Position numbers and translations under genes: made by a program
In this document: in pieces, positions 7,721-17,510 of the stretch
Layout: the number at the start of each line of letters is the position of its first letter
Numbering within the stretch: the first letter of the stretch is position 1
Source: a virus
Direction: 5' to 3' (one strand)
Virus record (IMG/VR): IMGVR_UViG_3300045988_044838
Coordinates: 1-41,339 of that record
Length of the DNA stretch: 41,339 nt
The notes under the pieces: model-generated
The model's database searches: none
The model's input: the letters and a program-made list of their open reading frames with translations, nothing else
Told to the model about the DNA's origin: nothing

Positions 7721-8037
7721 ACTTCGTTCACGCCCTCTCTGATTGCTTTCGCAAGCTCCGCATAGGTCACATACTCCGGTTCAGGTTCCGGCTCCGGCTC
7801 TGGAGGCAGGGATTCCTTCCACGCTTCCCAGGCTTCGGTGTTCGGCTCCACGGTGTAGACCGTGCGGAAGAAGCCCTCCTCGTACTCCTCCTCATGGCTG
7901 GTGATGGTAACAAAGCCGTTGTAATCCACCACCGTCTCCGCCTGTTCATCCGTCAGTGGGATTGCGCCGGGAAAGGGATTGCTCTGCGGGGCCGGGTATG
8001 CTCCGCTGGGATTTGGGCGCGGAGTTAGGTAAATCAT
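7717..8037 (-). CDS. Hypothetical protein with EPEPEPEPE linker
   Basis: Coupled to its neighbours within the tail-fibre block. Confidence 0.55.
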   Translation of the reverse strand: MIYLTPRPNPSGAYPAPQSNPFPGAIPLTDEQAETVVDYNGFVTITSHEEEYEEGFFRTVYTVEPNTEAWEAWKESLPPEPEPEPEPEYVTYAELAKAIREGVNEV

Positions 8038-9773
8038 TTAGAATCACCTCCAAATAGATACGCAATATAGCTGTACTTTCTGCCTTTCCCGTTTAGTTGG
8101 GTATTTTCGTCTGTATTGGAATACCAAGAAACGCTATTTGAAGAAAATTTGAGGCCATTAATAAAATCACGTGACTGCCAGTTCCCGTTATCATATAGCT
8201 CAAACGCTTGTGTTACATCCCGGGTCATTAAAGCGGCCTGATCTCCTGCCAAATAAACAAAAACAAACTGCGGAAATCCGCCAAATGTGAGTGTTGTTCT
8301 ATTGGCACTTCCGTGCGTTCCTGTCCCCACATAGCTCCCGGTCTCGATGTGCACCATGGGGATAGCCCCGCCGGAGATGTCCGTGAAGGTGCCGCCTGAT
8401 GGGTCGTAAAGCATAGCCTGTGCCAGCTTGCTCAGCGCCAGCCCCAGATTGCCGCCCCAGATACCGGGCGTCCGCACCGCCTCCGCGATGGTCTTGGGCC
8501 AGATGGTTTTCCCCTGCTGGGTCAGGTCCGCCACGCTCCCGGCGTCCGGGAAGGTGATGGCCGCCTTGGTGTACGTCCACTCTCGTGTCACGCTCACCAC
8601 GCCGCTGCCGGGATTGGTGGAAGCCGTAATCTTGACGGTGCCCATTCCCGTGGGCAGGTCCACCACCGAAATCTTGTTTTCGGCTCCGTTGGTGGCCGTG
8701 AATGTCCGAGTGTTGACGCCGTTGATGGTCTCTGTAACTGTTAAAACGCTGGTCCCACTGGAGGACACCGAATACTGCACATCATTTGTGAGAGTGCCCA
8801 AACTGCCGTCAGACCCAGAAATCACCAGGGCAGAAAGAGGGACTACGGAAACAGATGTGCTCGTTGTATAATCGCCATATTTCCCGTTTGCGAGAGATTT
8901 GACGCGGTACTGAACGCTTGTCCAGGTGCCCACCGTTTCCTCAAAGCTCGTGTTTGCTCCGGAATACACCTGCACCCAGTCGGCGTCCGTGTTCGCTTTG
9001 CGCTCCAGGATGTAGCTGCTTGCTCCATCTACGGCAGACCAGCTCACCGTGATCTGCCGTCCCTGCATGACCTGAATCGGCACATTCAAAGCGGTAGGGG
9101 ACGCCGGAACGCCAACGGTTCCATCATCCGAAACCAGGATGGTAGGGTCCATAATCATGGCGGGTAGAGCGCCATAAGAGGGGTTTACCGTAGTGCTGCC
9201 CAAGCTGCCATCGGGCAAGATGTAAAACTTCCCGTCTGTGCTCAAAGAAACTGGAGAGCGAAGCCACCAAGCAGCCGCGGCTCCATTCAGTTTAGCAATC
9301 CGCTTGCTATTGGCTTCCGCGTCAAGTCCACTCTTGAAGTAATCCAGCTTCGCGCCGTCTGCGGGCATAATTCCGCTTGGGTCAGACAGGCCGACCTCAT
9401 ATCCACCAAGAGGGAACAGTTTGCACTCCAAACCATTTTCTCCACTTTTGATGTTCCAGGAAGGTTCTCCATTTCCTGGATGGTATGGGATTTTCACTGT
9501 CTTGATGGCAGACTGGATGTGGCTTTCATACCTTCCCAGATACCCAGCCATCGTAGACATAATTGTGGAGCCTGCAAGTGTGTTTGCATTGGTGCTGTTC
9601 CATTGGCATTTCTCCGCAATATCCTGCCGCAGCAACCACGCACCGTCACAGGAACTACCATACAGTCTTACATCCGGGTTCCCGATATGCACCACGATGT
9701 AGTTTGCCGGGCTCCCGTTCTCGTCGATCTTGACGATGCTCCCCACCGCCACGCTGCCGAGTGTCTGCGCCAT
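8034..9773 (-). CDS. Tail fibre / receptor-binding protein (DUF6273-like N-domain plus FN3 domain)
   Basis: The N-terminal ...WWLRSP... module is typical of DUF6273. The central ITVSWSAVDGASSYILERK...YRVK is fibronectin type III-like. It lies downstream of the tail tip genes. Confidence 0.7.
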   Translation of the reverse strand: MAQTLGSVAVGSIVKIDENGSPANYIVVHIGNPDVRLYGSSCDGAWLLRQDIAEKCQWNSTNANTLAGSTIMSTMAGYLGRYESHIQSAIKTVKIPYHPGNGEPSWNIKSGENGLECKLFPLGGYEVGLSDPSGIMPADGAKLDYFKSGLDAEANSKRIAKLNGAAAAWWLRSPVSLSTDGKFYILPDGSLGSTTVNPSYGALPAMIMDPTILVSDDGTVGVPASPTALNVPIQVMQGRQITVSWSAVDGASSYILERKANTDADWVQVYSGANTSFEETVGTWTSVQYRVKSLANGKYGDYTTSTSVSVVPLSALVISGSDGSLGTLTNDVQYSVSSSGTSVLTVTETINGVNTRTFTATNGAENKISVVDLPTGMGTVKITASTNPGSGVVSVTREWTYTKAAITFPDAGSVADLTQQGKTIWPKTIAEAVRTPGIWGGNLGLALSKLAQAMLYDPSGGTFTDISGGAIPMVHIETGSYVGTGTHGSANRTTLTFGGFPQFVFVYLAGDQAALMTRDVTQAFELYDNGNWQSRDFINGLKFSSNSVSWYSNTDENTQLNGKGRKYSYIAYLFGGDSK

Positions 9774-10036
9774 CAGTTACCACCTCCGTTGTAGGTTACT
9801 TGGATTTCAGCCGCCGTAAAGGTGGTGCCGATCAGATATAGGGCGTCGTTAACAGTGCGGTTTGCCGTGTTCCCAAAAAATACTGCTTCCGTCTCCGGCT
9901 TAAACAGCGTAGCCGTGCTGAGGGGCGTTCCAACCTGTGACGGCTCGTCTGCCCTTACAAGGTCGTATGTATTCTCTTGACCGGAGACAGGAGTAAGTTT
10001 AACCCGCCCCGGATAAGTAGGGATTCTGTCTTGCAT
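9773..10036 (-). CDS. Small tail-fibre-associated protein (PTYPGRVKLTPV motif)
   Basis: 87 aa. The N-terminal IPTYPGRVKL motif is common in Clostridia phage fibre genes. Confidence 0.55.
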   Translation of the reverse strand: MQDRIPTYPGRVKLTPVSGQENTYDLVRADEPSQVGTPLSTATLFKPETEAVFFGNTANRTVNDALYLIGTTFTAAEIQVTYNGGGN

Positions 10037-10045
10037 GTTGCCTCC

Positions 10046-10549
10046 TTACCATTCGCCAGCATAGACATCGCCAGCAAACACCCACAGAAGATTGTTGCTG
10101 ACCCATACCAGCAAATCATTGATATCGGTCAATATCCGCTCGATGTCATTCGCCTGCTCATAGGTGAGATGTTGCATGGTTTCAGGGGTTTCCGGCGGAG
10201 CCTGCCAATCGGAGGGATAAACGGGAATATTGGACATCATGGAGCGGATTGCCGCCACGTTGGAAAGGTAGTCCTCTAAATCCTGGCTAGTCGGAATATC
10301 CTTGATGGCCCAGTCAGTCTTAGGAGTAATCGCCATAGGAAAGCCAAACCCGCCGAACAAATCAGCGATATATTCAATCGCTTCTCCAACTCTATTCAGG
10401 TCCGTTGCGTTGTAAGCTCCTTTCACTCCGGCAGACCATTCCGCTTTTTCGCCCTCTGTCATTCCGCCCCAGCCCCTATCATGCAGGGTGCGCCAGCGGG
10501 TCACGTCGGATTGTGTTCGGTCTGTTATCAACGTGTCGATAATACTCAT
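10046..10549 (-). CDS. Hypothetical tail protein
   Basis: The ATG at 10549 follows GGAGGC, directly after the stop of the upstream gene at 10551. Confidence 0.6.
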   Translation of the reverse strand: MSIIDTLITDRTQSDVTRWRTLHDRGWGGMTEGEKAEWSAGVKGAYNATDLNRVGEAIEYIADLFGGFGFPMAITPKTDWAIKDIPTSQDLEDYLSNVAAIRSMMSNIPVYPSDWQAPPETPETMQHLTYEQANDIERILTDINDLLVWVSNNLLWVFAGDVYAGEW

Positions 10550-10550
10550 A

Positions 10551-12011
10551 CTAGCCTCCAAGGGATGCCACAGTCGCCACAACGGTATTTGACAACTTGA
10601 CTTCCATGCGGCGGAGATTCCCGGCATTCGTGGCCCCCCATGCGGTGGGAAGCGTCACGCAATCCCCTAATAGCTCTCCTGTCCAAACGATCTTCGCATT
10701 GGTGGTAATCCGTTTCGCATAGTAGTCATAGACCCTCTGTGCCGTTGCTTGCCCGATATCCGGCGAAACGAGAGTGGCATCTGCGACCTCAATAACATTT
10801 TGCTTATCAGTGGCAATTACATCCGGATTAGTAATGGTGTAAACTGTTTTGGCATCGTCGTATTTGACACCGTTGATCTCCACGCCTCCGTTCTCGGCCT
10901 GAGTATATACATGGGCGGTCACTCTAACCTCTGTCACAAGCGCGCTGGTGTCCACGGTGACTCCAGTAAACGTGTAATCCTCTGTGATGGCGTCAGGAGT
11001 CCCCGGCAAATTAAATACTCGGATGCCGTCCCGCCCATCAGTTGACGCGCACACGCCCCACGCAAATAACACCTGCTGTATAGCCGTCCGGATAGTTCCG
11101 GATGTAATAACCCCTGTCAAAGCCGTGTCTTCTACGTCCGAGTCATACTCGATGAAAAACTGTCCATTCACGATCTCTTCCAGTAGAGATTTTGCAGATT
11201 TTTCGTTGTACACGCCGCCAGGGAAGGGGCTGTCATCCAGCACTCCAAAAGCATCCTGGCAGTCGATTGTGTACAGGTTTTGCGCCTGTCTGGTGTGGCT
11301 GTCAATGTAGTACACGCCGATCAGTTTATTGTCGTTCCTGACCTCTACAGGTTGTTTGAGCTGGAACATGAAGTCCACGTCTTCCCGGCTGTCTAACGTC
11401 CAGTTCATTGTAGAGATTGGCATTTCCGTGGAAATCAGGCTCATTTCGTTGATGATGGAAGCGGACCGCAGTTCAGACATCCCGAAATAGCGGTAGACGC
11501 CGAAAATAATATGTTCCAGTTTCGCCCGCCGGTTGGGAAGATTCGTGCTGCCCAGGGTAATGACCACTTTGTCATAGCTCTGCACTTTCCGATTGCAGAA
11601 ATACGTTGCTGCATTGGGCGTGAAATCCACGTCCGCCTTTAGAGATTCCCCCTGATACCACTTGATATTGACTGATGGGCAATAGTCACCGGATGCCGTA
11701 TCAAACGCCAATGTAATGCCGACGGAGGAATACTGCTGGTCCATCTCAAGCGTGATGACTGGTTTGTTTGTAAAATTACAGTCATCTCCGCTCGTTTCCA
11801 CAGACCAGAATGCAACCTCCTGTGTGTCCACAGTGACATAGTCCCCAGCCAATCCCCAGTGGTTCGGCTCACAGGTAATGGTCGGTTCCGGCGTGATACC
11901 GAATGGGAGTTTTGACGGCGCAGAAAAGGGCATCGCCTCCGTAGTGGAGACGGAAGCGTCCTCGTCCGCTCCCGGCGCTATGTCCTTGTAAAGTACAGTC
12001 GTAACACTCAA
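10551..12011 (-). CDS. Tail tip / baseplate protein (Tal position)
   Basis: 486 aa, two genes downstream of the tape measure. Call is by position only. Confidence 0.6.
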   Translation of the reverse strand: MSVTTVLYKDIAPGADEDASVSTTEAMPFSAPSKLPFGITPEPTITCEPNHWGLAGDYVTVDTQEVAFWSVETSGDDCNFTNKPVITLEMDQQYSSVGITLAFDTASGDYCPSVNIKWYQGESLKADVDFTPNAATYFCNRKVQSYDKVVITLGSTNLPNRRAKLEHIIFGVYRYFGMSELRSASIINEMSLISTEMPISTMNWTLDSREDVDFMFQLKQPVEVRNDNKLIGVYYIDSHTRQAQNLYTIDCQDAFGVLDDSPFPGGVYNEKSAKSLLEEIVNGQFFIEYDSDVEDTALTGVITSGTIRTAIQQVLFAWGVCASTDGRDGIRVFNLPGTPDAITEDYTFTGVTVDTSALVTEVRVTAHVYTQAENGGVEINGVKYDDAKTVYTITNPDVIATDKQNVIEVADATLVSPDIGQATAQRVYDYYAKRITTNAKIVWTGELLGDCVTLPTAWGATNAGNLRRMEVKLSNTVVATVASLGG

Positions 12012-12406
12012 AACGGCGTCACCTGCGCTTCCATAGGGACAAAACTAACTTCGATTTCGCCCCAATAGTTGATACCGTTTTCCACCTTCTCCATATCCTG
12101 CGAGGCGCTGGTGTAATAGGCTTCATACGAGATCGTGGTTTGTCCGTCAGCAGCTTCCAACTGTACAGAGTCATCGACGGAATGTTCCACCAAGTAGTCC
12201 CAGAACTCATCAAGGCCCTGGTAGTTGTCGCCCCGGCGAAACACTGTCAGCTGATGGCCGATGTACGTTCCGATAATGTCCCGCACCATGCGGCCGGTCA
12301 TGACGCGGCCGGCGTTCTCTCCGTCCAAAACGTTGAAATTTCGGTTGTATGCGGAAATGGCAACATCCGCGTCAAACTCTTTTCCATTCAGTTTGATGTA
12401 GCTCAT
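12008..12406 (-). CDS. Tail component (Dit position)
   Basis: 132 aa, immediately after the tape measure with an overlapping stop/start. Confidence 0.55.
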   Translation of the reverse strand: MSYIKLNGKEFDADVAISAYNRNFNVLDGENAGRVMTGRMVRDIIGTYIGHQLTVFRRGDNYQGLDEFWDYLVEHSVDDSVQLEAADGQTTISYEAYYTSASQDMEKVENGINYWGEIEVSFVPMEAQVTPF

Positions 12407-12407
12407 G

Positions 12408-14699
12408 TCACACCCCCGCCAGATTGACGCCGATACGCCGGGTCTCCGCCTTGTTCAGCTTATAGACCACCTTCCCCAGCTGGTCTCTATCCAATTGTAA
12501 GATAACAGTCTGCTCACCTCCGCCCAAATTGGCAGTTTCCTCGCGTACAATGCGGCGGATCAAGCTCTCAGGCGCTTCAATGTTATTCCCCTGCTTCTGG
12601 TCACCCAAGACAGCTAGAAACTCCCGGTTAGGCGGAATGACCGCGCCCTGGGCAAGTCGAGGTATATTAACCTCTGGAATGGTCGGAATACTAACATTAA
12701 AGCCCATAAAAGATAGTGCGGCAAGTCGTTTGTTGACAGTTTCAATAAATGAATTGATTTTGCTGATGATCCAGTTTAATCCGGTTTCAATAGCATCGAT
12801 CAATCCGTTGATTGCGTTTCTTCCGAGCTCCTTCCACCATGCGGCGGTAAAATACTTTGCAACATTTGTGTTCCACCAGTTTTTAATGCTCGCCCACACT
12901 TCTTTGAGCTTGTCTAAAATAGCGTCCCAGTTTAGAGCCGCAACGGTAACAAGCCCAATAGCTCCTGCTGCAATTAAAGCAACTCCAAGCGGAATAAAAA
13001 CACCTGTTGCGCACAAAATGATGCCTAGCACAAGTAGCGCTGCGCTTACAATTGCAGTAATTTCGCCAATTTGCCCCTGTAGTGCTGTGACAATCGTATC
13101 CCAATTTAAAGAGACAACTTCTGCCAACGCAATAGCGCCAACGGCAAGCAAGCTAATTCCGAGCGGGATATTGACGCCAGAAAATGTAAGAATAGCACCC
13201 AAAGCCAAAAAAGCTACACTGATAATAGCGGTAATAGCACCGATAGGGCCTTGCAATGCAGTTTGGATCGCTGTCCAATTGAGGTTAACAATGCCTGCTA
13301 AACCAACCGCTCCTGCAATCATCAGGCCAATTCCGAGCGGGATATTCGCACCGGAAAATGTAAGAATAGCACCTATTACAAGTAACGATGTGCTCAACAA
13401 TGCAGCCAAGATACCGATAGGGCCTTGCAATGCAGTAATAATGCTATCCCAATTTGCGGCTACGGTTGACGCTAAACCAACCGCTCCTGCAATCATCAGG
13501 CCAATTCCGAGCGGGATATTCGCACCGGAAAAAGTTAAGATAGCGCCAAGAACCAGCAACGCTCCGCTTACTATTGCAGCAATGGCTCCCAATGTACTTT
13601 GTAGCGTAGATGCTATTGTATCCCAGTTTTCTACAACAGCATCCCAAATTGCCAATGCACCAATTGCCATAAGTGCAAGCCCAAGTGGAATATTTGCTCC
13701 AGAGAACGTTAGGATAGCGCCTAAAGCTAGCAGGGCCGCTCCAGTAAACAATTCCACAATAGCAGAAAGCTGGTCTTTAATGACACTTGTAAAGTCTGGC
13801 TTTACACCTTCTCCAGTTACCGTACCTCCGCTCCCCGCCGCAGTATCGCCAGAAAGTTTATTGATAGTGTCGAAACCGGCCAAAGATTTTTCGGCTTTCT
13901 TAGCTGCGCTTCCAACGCTTTCAAGGGCTTCTGTCTCATTGTAAAGCTCCTCAGCAGCTTCTGCAGATTGCTCCGCGGTAGTTCCGAACAAGGAAGACAG
14001 CAAGCTTGCCGCCGCACTTACAATTCGTGTAAGGACATTCGCAAAAGTTGTTAGAGCAGGAATGATAACATTGACCAAAGGCTGTACCAATGTCAGCAGA
14101 GCACCTTTCAGGCGTGCAATTGCTGCGGATGCTTCATCGTTTGTTTGAATTACTTTTCCTAGCCACTCTCTGAAAGCGGCTAATGCCTGAGAAATAACAG
14201 TGAACACAAGCGCACTTCGTACGACTTCACGCAATCTTAAAGAAAATCTAGTAATATTTCTTTGCATTCTATCAAATGCTTGGGATGTCCGTTCCGCACT
14301 AGAACTTATTTCGCCCATATTACTTTCAATTTCTCCGGCTTGTTCTTGAGCCAAGTTGATCTGTACGTTTGCAGCTTCTATGGTTCTATCATATCTTTCG
14401 ACTTGACTCTGCACATTATTCCAAGAGCCCCGAAGCTCGTTTACGCGGTTTTGCTGCTCTTGGATACTAGCGGATGGAAAAAATTCATCTCCAGCTGTCA
14501 TTCTCGCGAGCGTTGCTTGTGCTTCGTCTAACTCCGCTCCTAATTGCCTGGATTGTTCAACAAGAGGTGCTCTTTGCCGCTGTTTTACATAGATTTGGTT
14601 GTTTAAATTTTGGATTTTTCTATTAAGCCTATTAAGTTCTTGCTGCGCCTGCCTGTCATCTAAATTTGTGTTAATAATAATGCTTCCATCAGCAGCCAT
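12408..14699 (-). CDS. Tail tape measure protein
   Basis: 763 aa with an N-terminal coiled-coil and five hydrophobic repeats. It lies downstream of the two chaperone genes. Confidence 0.9.
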   Translation of the reverse strand: MAADGSIIINTNLDDRQAQQELNRLNRKIQNLNNQIYVKQRQRAPLVEQSRQLGAELDEAQATLARMTAGDEFFPSASIQEQQNRVNELRGSWNNVQSQVERYDRTIEAANVQINLAQEQAGEIESNMGEISSSAERTSQAFDRMQRNITRFSLRLREVVRSALVFTVISQALAAFREWLGKVIQTNDEASAAIARLKGALLTLVQPLVNVIIPALTTFANVLTRIVSAAASLLSSLFGTTAEQSAEAAEELYNETEALESVGSAAKKAEKSLAGFDTINKLSGDTAAGSGGTVTGEGVKPDFTSVIKDQLSAIVELFTGAALLALGAILTFSGANIPLGLALMAIGALAIWDAVVENWDTIASTLQSTLGAIAAIVSGALLVLGAILTFSGANIPLGIGLMIAGAVGLASTVAANWDSIITALQGPIGILAALLSTSLLVIGAILTFSGANIPLGIGLMIAGAVGLAGIVNLNWTAIQTALQGPIGAITAIISVAFLALGAILTFSGVNIPLGISLLAVGAIALAEVVSLNWDTIVTALQGQIGEITAIVSAALLVLGIILCATGVFIPLGVALIAAGAIGLVTVAALNWDAILDKLKEVWASIKNWWNTNVAKYFTAAWWKELGRNAINGLIDAIETGLNWIISKINSFIETVNKRLAALSFMGFNVSIPTIPEVNIPRLAQGAVIPPNREFLAVLGDQKQGNNIEAPESLIRRIVREETANLGGGEQTVILQLDRDQLGKVVYKLNKAETRRIGVNLAGV
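12909..13778 (-). repeat. Five tandem ~174-bp (58-aa) repeats inside the tape measure gene
   Basis: GAILTFSGANIPLG recurs at aa 327, 385, 443 and 501, with a degenerate copy at 559. DNA blocks such as AATTCCGAGCGGGATATTCGCACCGGAAAA recur at about 175-bp spacing. Confidence 0.85.
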
Positions 14700-14703
14700 T
14701 ATT

Positions 14704-15276
14704 TCACCCCCCCGTCCACGCCTTCACGAGATCATTTTCTGCGCTCGTGTAGTGATTCTTTATGTCCACAATTTCCCAATTTTTCCGGTAAAAATACTGG
14801 TCTTCTTTGCTTAATTTCTTACCTTTTAGCCTTTTCTCACGGATTCTAACTATCTGAGCAAACAGGCAGTCTCCAATTTCCATATATGCAGCCAGGAATG
14901 TCCACCAATGCACTCCGCCTGTGTTGGTTTTCATGTCATACTCCGTATCACGGATTTCATATCCAAGAACACGATTGATTGGTGCAACAATATACTGGAA
15001 GTCCTGATCCCACGCCACAAGGCGGGGTTGTTTCTTGCCAGAATTCTCCGGATTCCCACCGTTGATAAAATTCAAGCACAATTTGATTGCAGAATCGTAA
15101 TCTGTAATATTTTCAAAGTCCGGGTAGAACATTAGGAGCACGGCTAGGGCCCGTTCCTGACCGTCCAATTCGGGATCATTGATAGCCTCAAATATATCAA
15201 GAATGACTCGATAATCGTATCGGACAGAAAATTCTTCTCCATCGATTTCAACGCTTTTTGGTAGTCCGTAGCCCAT
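14704..15276 (-). CDS. Phage Gp15-family protein (second tail assembly chaperone position)
   Basis: The ATG at 15276 follows TTGGAG. The sequence type (YDYRVILDI..., WWTF) resembles Phage_Gp15 proteins found upstream of tape measures. Confidence 0.65.
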   Translation of the reverse strand: MGYGLPKSVEIDGEEFSVRYDYRVILDIFEAINDPELDGQERALAVLLMFYPDFENITDYDSAIKLCLNFINGGNPENSGKKQPRLVAWDQDFQYIVAPINRVLGYEIRDTEYDMKTNTGGVHWWTFLAAYMEIGDCLFAQIVRIREKRLKGKKLSKEDQYFYRKNWEIVDIKNHYTSAENDLVKAWTGG

Positions 15277-15291
15277 GCCATGCTCCAATCT

Positions 15292-15720
15292 TTACTTTTT
15301 ATATTTCTGATATTTGGCAGTATATTTTGCAAGTCTGGGATTGGTAGCCTTTTGCTCCCTTGCAACTGAACTGTCAATTTCGTCCATCACAGCAAAAATG
15401 AGGTTACACCAAACCGGCAATCCCCCGGCCATAGAGTACACATTCATGCCGCCAAACAGGGAGTCACTGACCGGCTCATTGAACAGGTTGTCAATAATCT
15501 CGCGCATTTCCGCGTCCCGCTCTTTAGCGAAATTGAAAATCTCGCGGCTATTGGTCATCTTTTCGACCTGCGCTTTGTAACTCTCCTGCTTTTTATCCAG
15601 TTCTTCAAATGCGGAATATAGACGATCCACAAAGTTAGAGTCTGTTGGATTGAAAGAAACATCGCACTTGCCATTTAGGGAATATGTAACAAGTCCAGAA
15701 TCAAAATTGAGTTCTCTCAT
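15292..15720 (-). CDS. Tail assembly chaperone
   Basis: 142 aa, located between the major tail protein and the Gp15-like gene. Confidence 0.6.
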   Translation of the reverse strand: MRELNFDSGLVTYSLNGKCDVSFNPTDSNFVDRLYSAFEELDKKQESYKAQVEKMTNSREIFNFAKERDAEMREIIDNLFNEPVSDSLFGGMNVYSMAGGLPVWCNLIFAVMDEIDSSVAREQKATNPRLAKYTAKYQKYKK

Positions 15721-15732
15721 AGATTACTCCCC

Positions 15733-16254
15733 TCAGTCTTCTTTAAAGGTCACTGTAGTCCCGGAAATGGATGCTGTTCCAGTAGTGCGGGTGCCGCCGT
15801 AAGTTACCTCAATGGGCATCCCAATGGAGCCACCACCCTCACCGCCAAGGCCAGTAGGCAATACCGAGCAGGCAGAATACCTCTCCGCAAATACCGCCGT
15901 GTTTGCCGTGCCTGCATACAGGTGCACAATAAGCATGTCTTGATTCAGCAAAGCATTGACGTTGTTCTCTTTGATGGCAAGATTCCAAATCTTTTGCTGC
16001 GCCTCGTCAGCGCCATCCAACTCGCAGGGGTCAAAGGTTTGTGTCTTGGTTGCCTTCTTACCAGTGGTATAGGTATCGCCAAAGATATCTACCTTGGTCT
16101 CCGTCTGCCAGTCAAATTCAATGGAGCTATCTTCCACTCGCTTTCCGATGGGGGACCAAGTGGGAGACCCGCTCTCTCCAGTATTTAGATATGCAATCAG
16201 CATTTCCCGACCTACAGTCTGGCCTGGGGTAGTATTAAACTCTAAATCAGCCAT
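15733..16254 (-). CDS. Major tail protein
   Basis: 173 aa, beta-rich, in the canonical position upstream of the chaperones and tape measure. Confidence 0.75.
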   Translation of the reverse strand: MADLEFNTTPGQTVGREMLIAYLNTGESGSPTWSPIGKRVEDSSIEFDWQTETKVDIFGDTYTTGKKATKTQTFDPCELDGADEAQQKIWNLAIKENNVNALLNQDMLIVHLYAGTANTAVFAERYSACSVLPTGLGGEGGGSIGMPIEVTYGGTRTTGTASISGTTVTFKED

Positions 16255-16267
16255 TGTTCTGCTCCTT

Positions 16268-16588
16268 TCACTTTTCGTAAATGATGGTCAGCCCATATGC
16301 TTTTGCCGCCTCATGCTCGATTCGGCATCCTCTGGCGGTCTCCCACCCCTCGCAGAAATAGGCTGCATGGCAAAGGCTCATATTCTCCAAAGATTTCGCC
16401 AGGAAACAAAGCGGGATTTGAACTACTCCGCGTTCCTCCATTTGCTCTTTGCTGTACCACTCATCAGTAAACAGGGTGTTCACAACTTCGTATCCCTTTT
16501 CCTTCAGAGCCGCGATAGCCTTTTCTCTGGTTGCAATGATTTCTTCATCAGTTTTTCCAGCCATAGGCTGAGACAGCATTGCTTTCAT
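16268..16588 (-). CDS. DUF4406-like (nucleoside 2-deoxyribosyltransferase-like fold) protein
   Basis: The pattern MK..LSQPMAGKT....GYEVVN....GWETARGCRIEHEAAKAYGL matches the DUF4406 family as I recall it. Confidence 0.55.
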   Translation of the reverse strand: MKAMLSQPMAGKTDEEIIATREKAIAALKEKGYEVVNTLFTDEWYSKEQMEERGVVQIPLCFLAKSLENMSLCHAAYFCEGWETARGCRIEHEAAKAYGLTIIYEK

Positions 16589-16603
16589 GTTCGACTTCTC
16601 CTT

Positions 16604-17062
16604 TCAGACGCCGACCTCGTAGGTCAGGGTCATTTCGATAAAGTAATCTTCGTCCCCGTTTTCATACGGAGCGTAAAGTTCAGCCGACGAAGTGGGCGAT
16701 ACTTTCAGCACACGAATTTCATCACCTAAACTTGGTAAGTTCTCGCTACACCAGTCTCCCATTTGGTTAAGTGCCTCCAGCGCCTCCAAACGTGCGTTCA
16801 TGCTGTCTCCAGGCTTAACACGATAGATTATCCGGAAGGAATACTCAGCCTGATACCCGCCCATAATGTATCGCCGGGAGTAATAGGCATTTGTCGAGGC
16901 AGATAGGGCCATGCCCTTCTCGTTGATGGGCAACTGCGGCTGTGTCTTGACAACAGCAACCGGCAAGTCCGGGTACTGGTTCAGCCACGCCAAAACCTTC
17001 CGGTCAATCTTGGTGCGCTCTGCCGCAGAGACAGACAACCTCTGTTTTTCATTTGAACTCAT
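16604..17062 (-). CDS. Tail completion / minor structural protein
   Basis: The ATG at 17062 overlaps the end of the upstream gene. It lies between the connector genes and the major tail gene. Confidence 0.55.
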   Translation of the reverse strand: MSSNEKQRLSVSAAERTKIDRKVLAWLNQYPDLPVAVVKTQPQLPINEKGMALSASTNAYYSRRYIMGGYQAEYSFRIIYRVKPGDSMNARLEALEALNQMGDWCSENLPSLGDEIRVLKVSPTSSAELYAPYENGDEDYFIEMTLTYEVGV

Positions 17063-17510
17063 GCAATGTTGCCTCCTTTGCGACACGCAGCCATTTAGGG
17101 AGGTTCTTGGCCTTGCTTGCCTCAAACCAGTGGGATTGTGCTTTTGGGTGCCCCGAGCGTTTGATGTCCAGGTCCCGGTTTGTCGGCTTCAGCGTTGCAC
17201 CTTTGCGGAAGCGGATAACTTCTGTTCCGTCCTTGCTGACGATCCGCATGGGGCCTTTCCCTGTCGCCGCGTCCACCATGACCTTACCGTAGTAAAGGTA
17301 TCTGGCATATGGGCCAGGGTAGATGATATAGGATCCATCCACCCTTGTCCTTGTATCAAGTGAGCCGGTCAGGAACGGGACATAGGGGGATGTGTCCTTC
17401 TGCACCTGAATTGCAACGGTATGTTCCGCCTTTTCGGATGCGCTCGCCAGCCGTTCCGGGAGGGAATCAAGCCCGCTGGTGTGTACCGTAAATTTCAGCA
17501 TCTCAGACAC
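17049..17510 (-). CDS. Head-tail joining protein (HK97 gp10-like)
   Basis: It carries the motif KDTSPYVPFLTGSLDTRT, typical of gp10-like and minor capsid proteins. Confidence 0.6.
   Translation of the reverse strand: MSEMLKFTVHTSGLDSLPERLASASEKAEHTVAIQVQKDTSPYVPFLTGSLDTRTRVDGSYIIYPGPYARYLYYGKVMVDAATGKGPMRIVSKDGTEVIRFRKGATLKPTNRDLDIKRSGHPKAQSHWFEASKAKNLPKWLRVAKEATLHEFK

Noticed and set aside
8034-9773. Diversity-generating retroelement targeting the fibre gene
   Set aside because: There is no reverse transcriptase gene in the genome and no template-repeat copy of the fibre 3' end.
12529-13944. 471-aa plus-strand ORF antisense to the tape measure gene
   Set aside because: It is an open antisense frame of a repetitive GC-biased gene. 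The product is low-complexity (A/P/S/I-rich), has no RBS, and lies on the opposite strand to the whole late operon.
14704-15720. Programmed -1 frameshift between the two tail chaperone genes
   Set aside because: The two ORFs are separate, with their own stop and start and a GGAG-type RBS. I found no slippery heptamer or overlapping extended frame.
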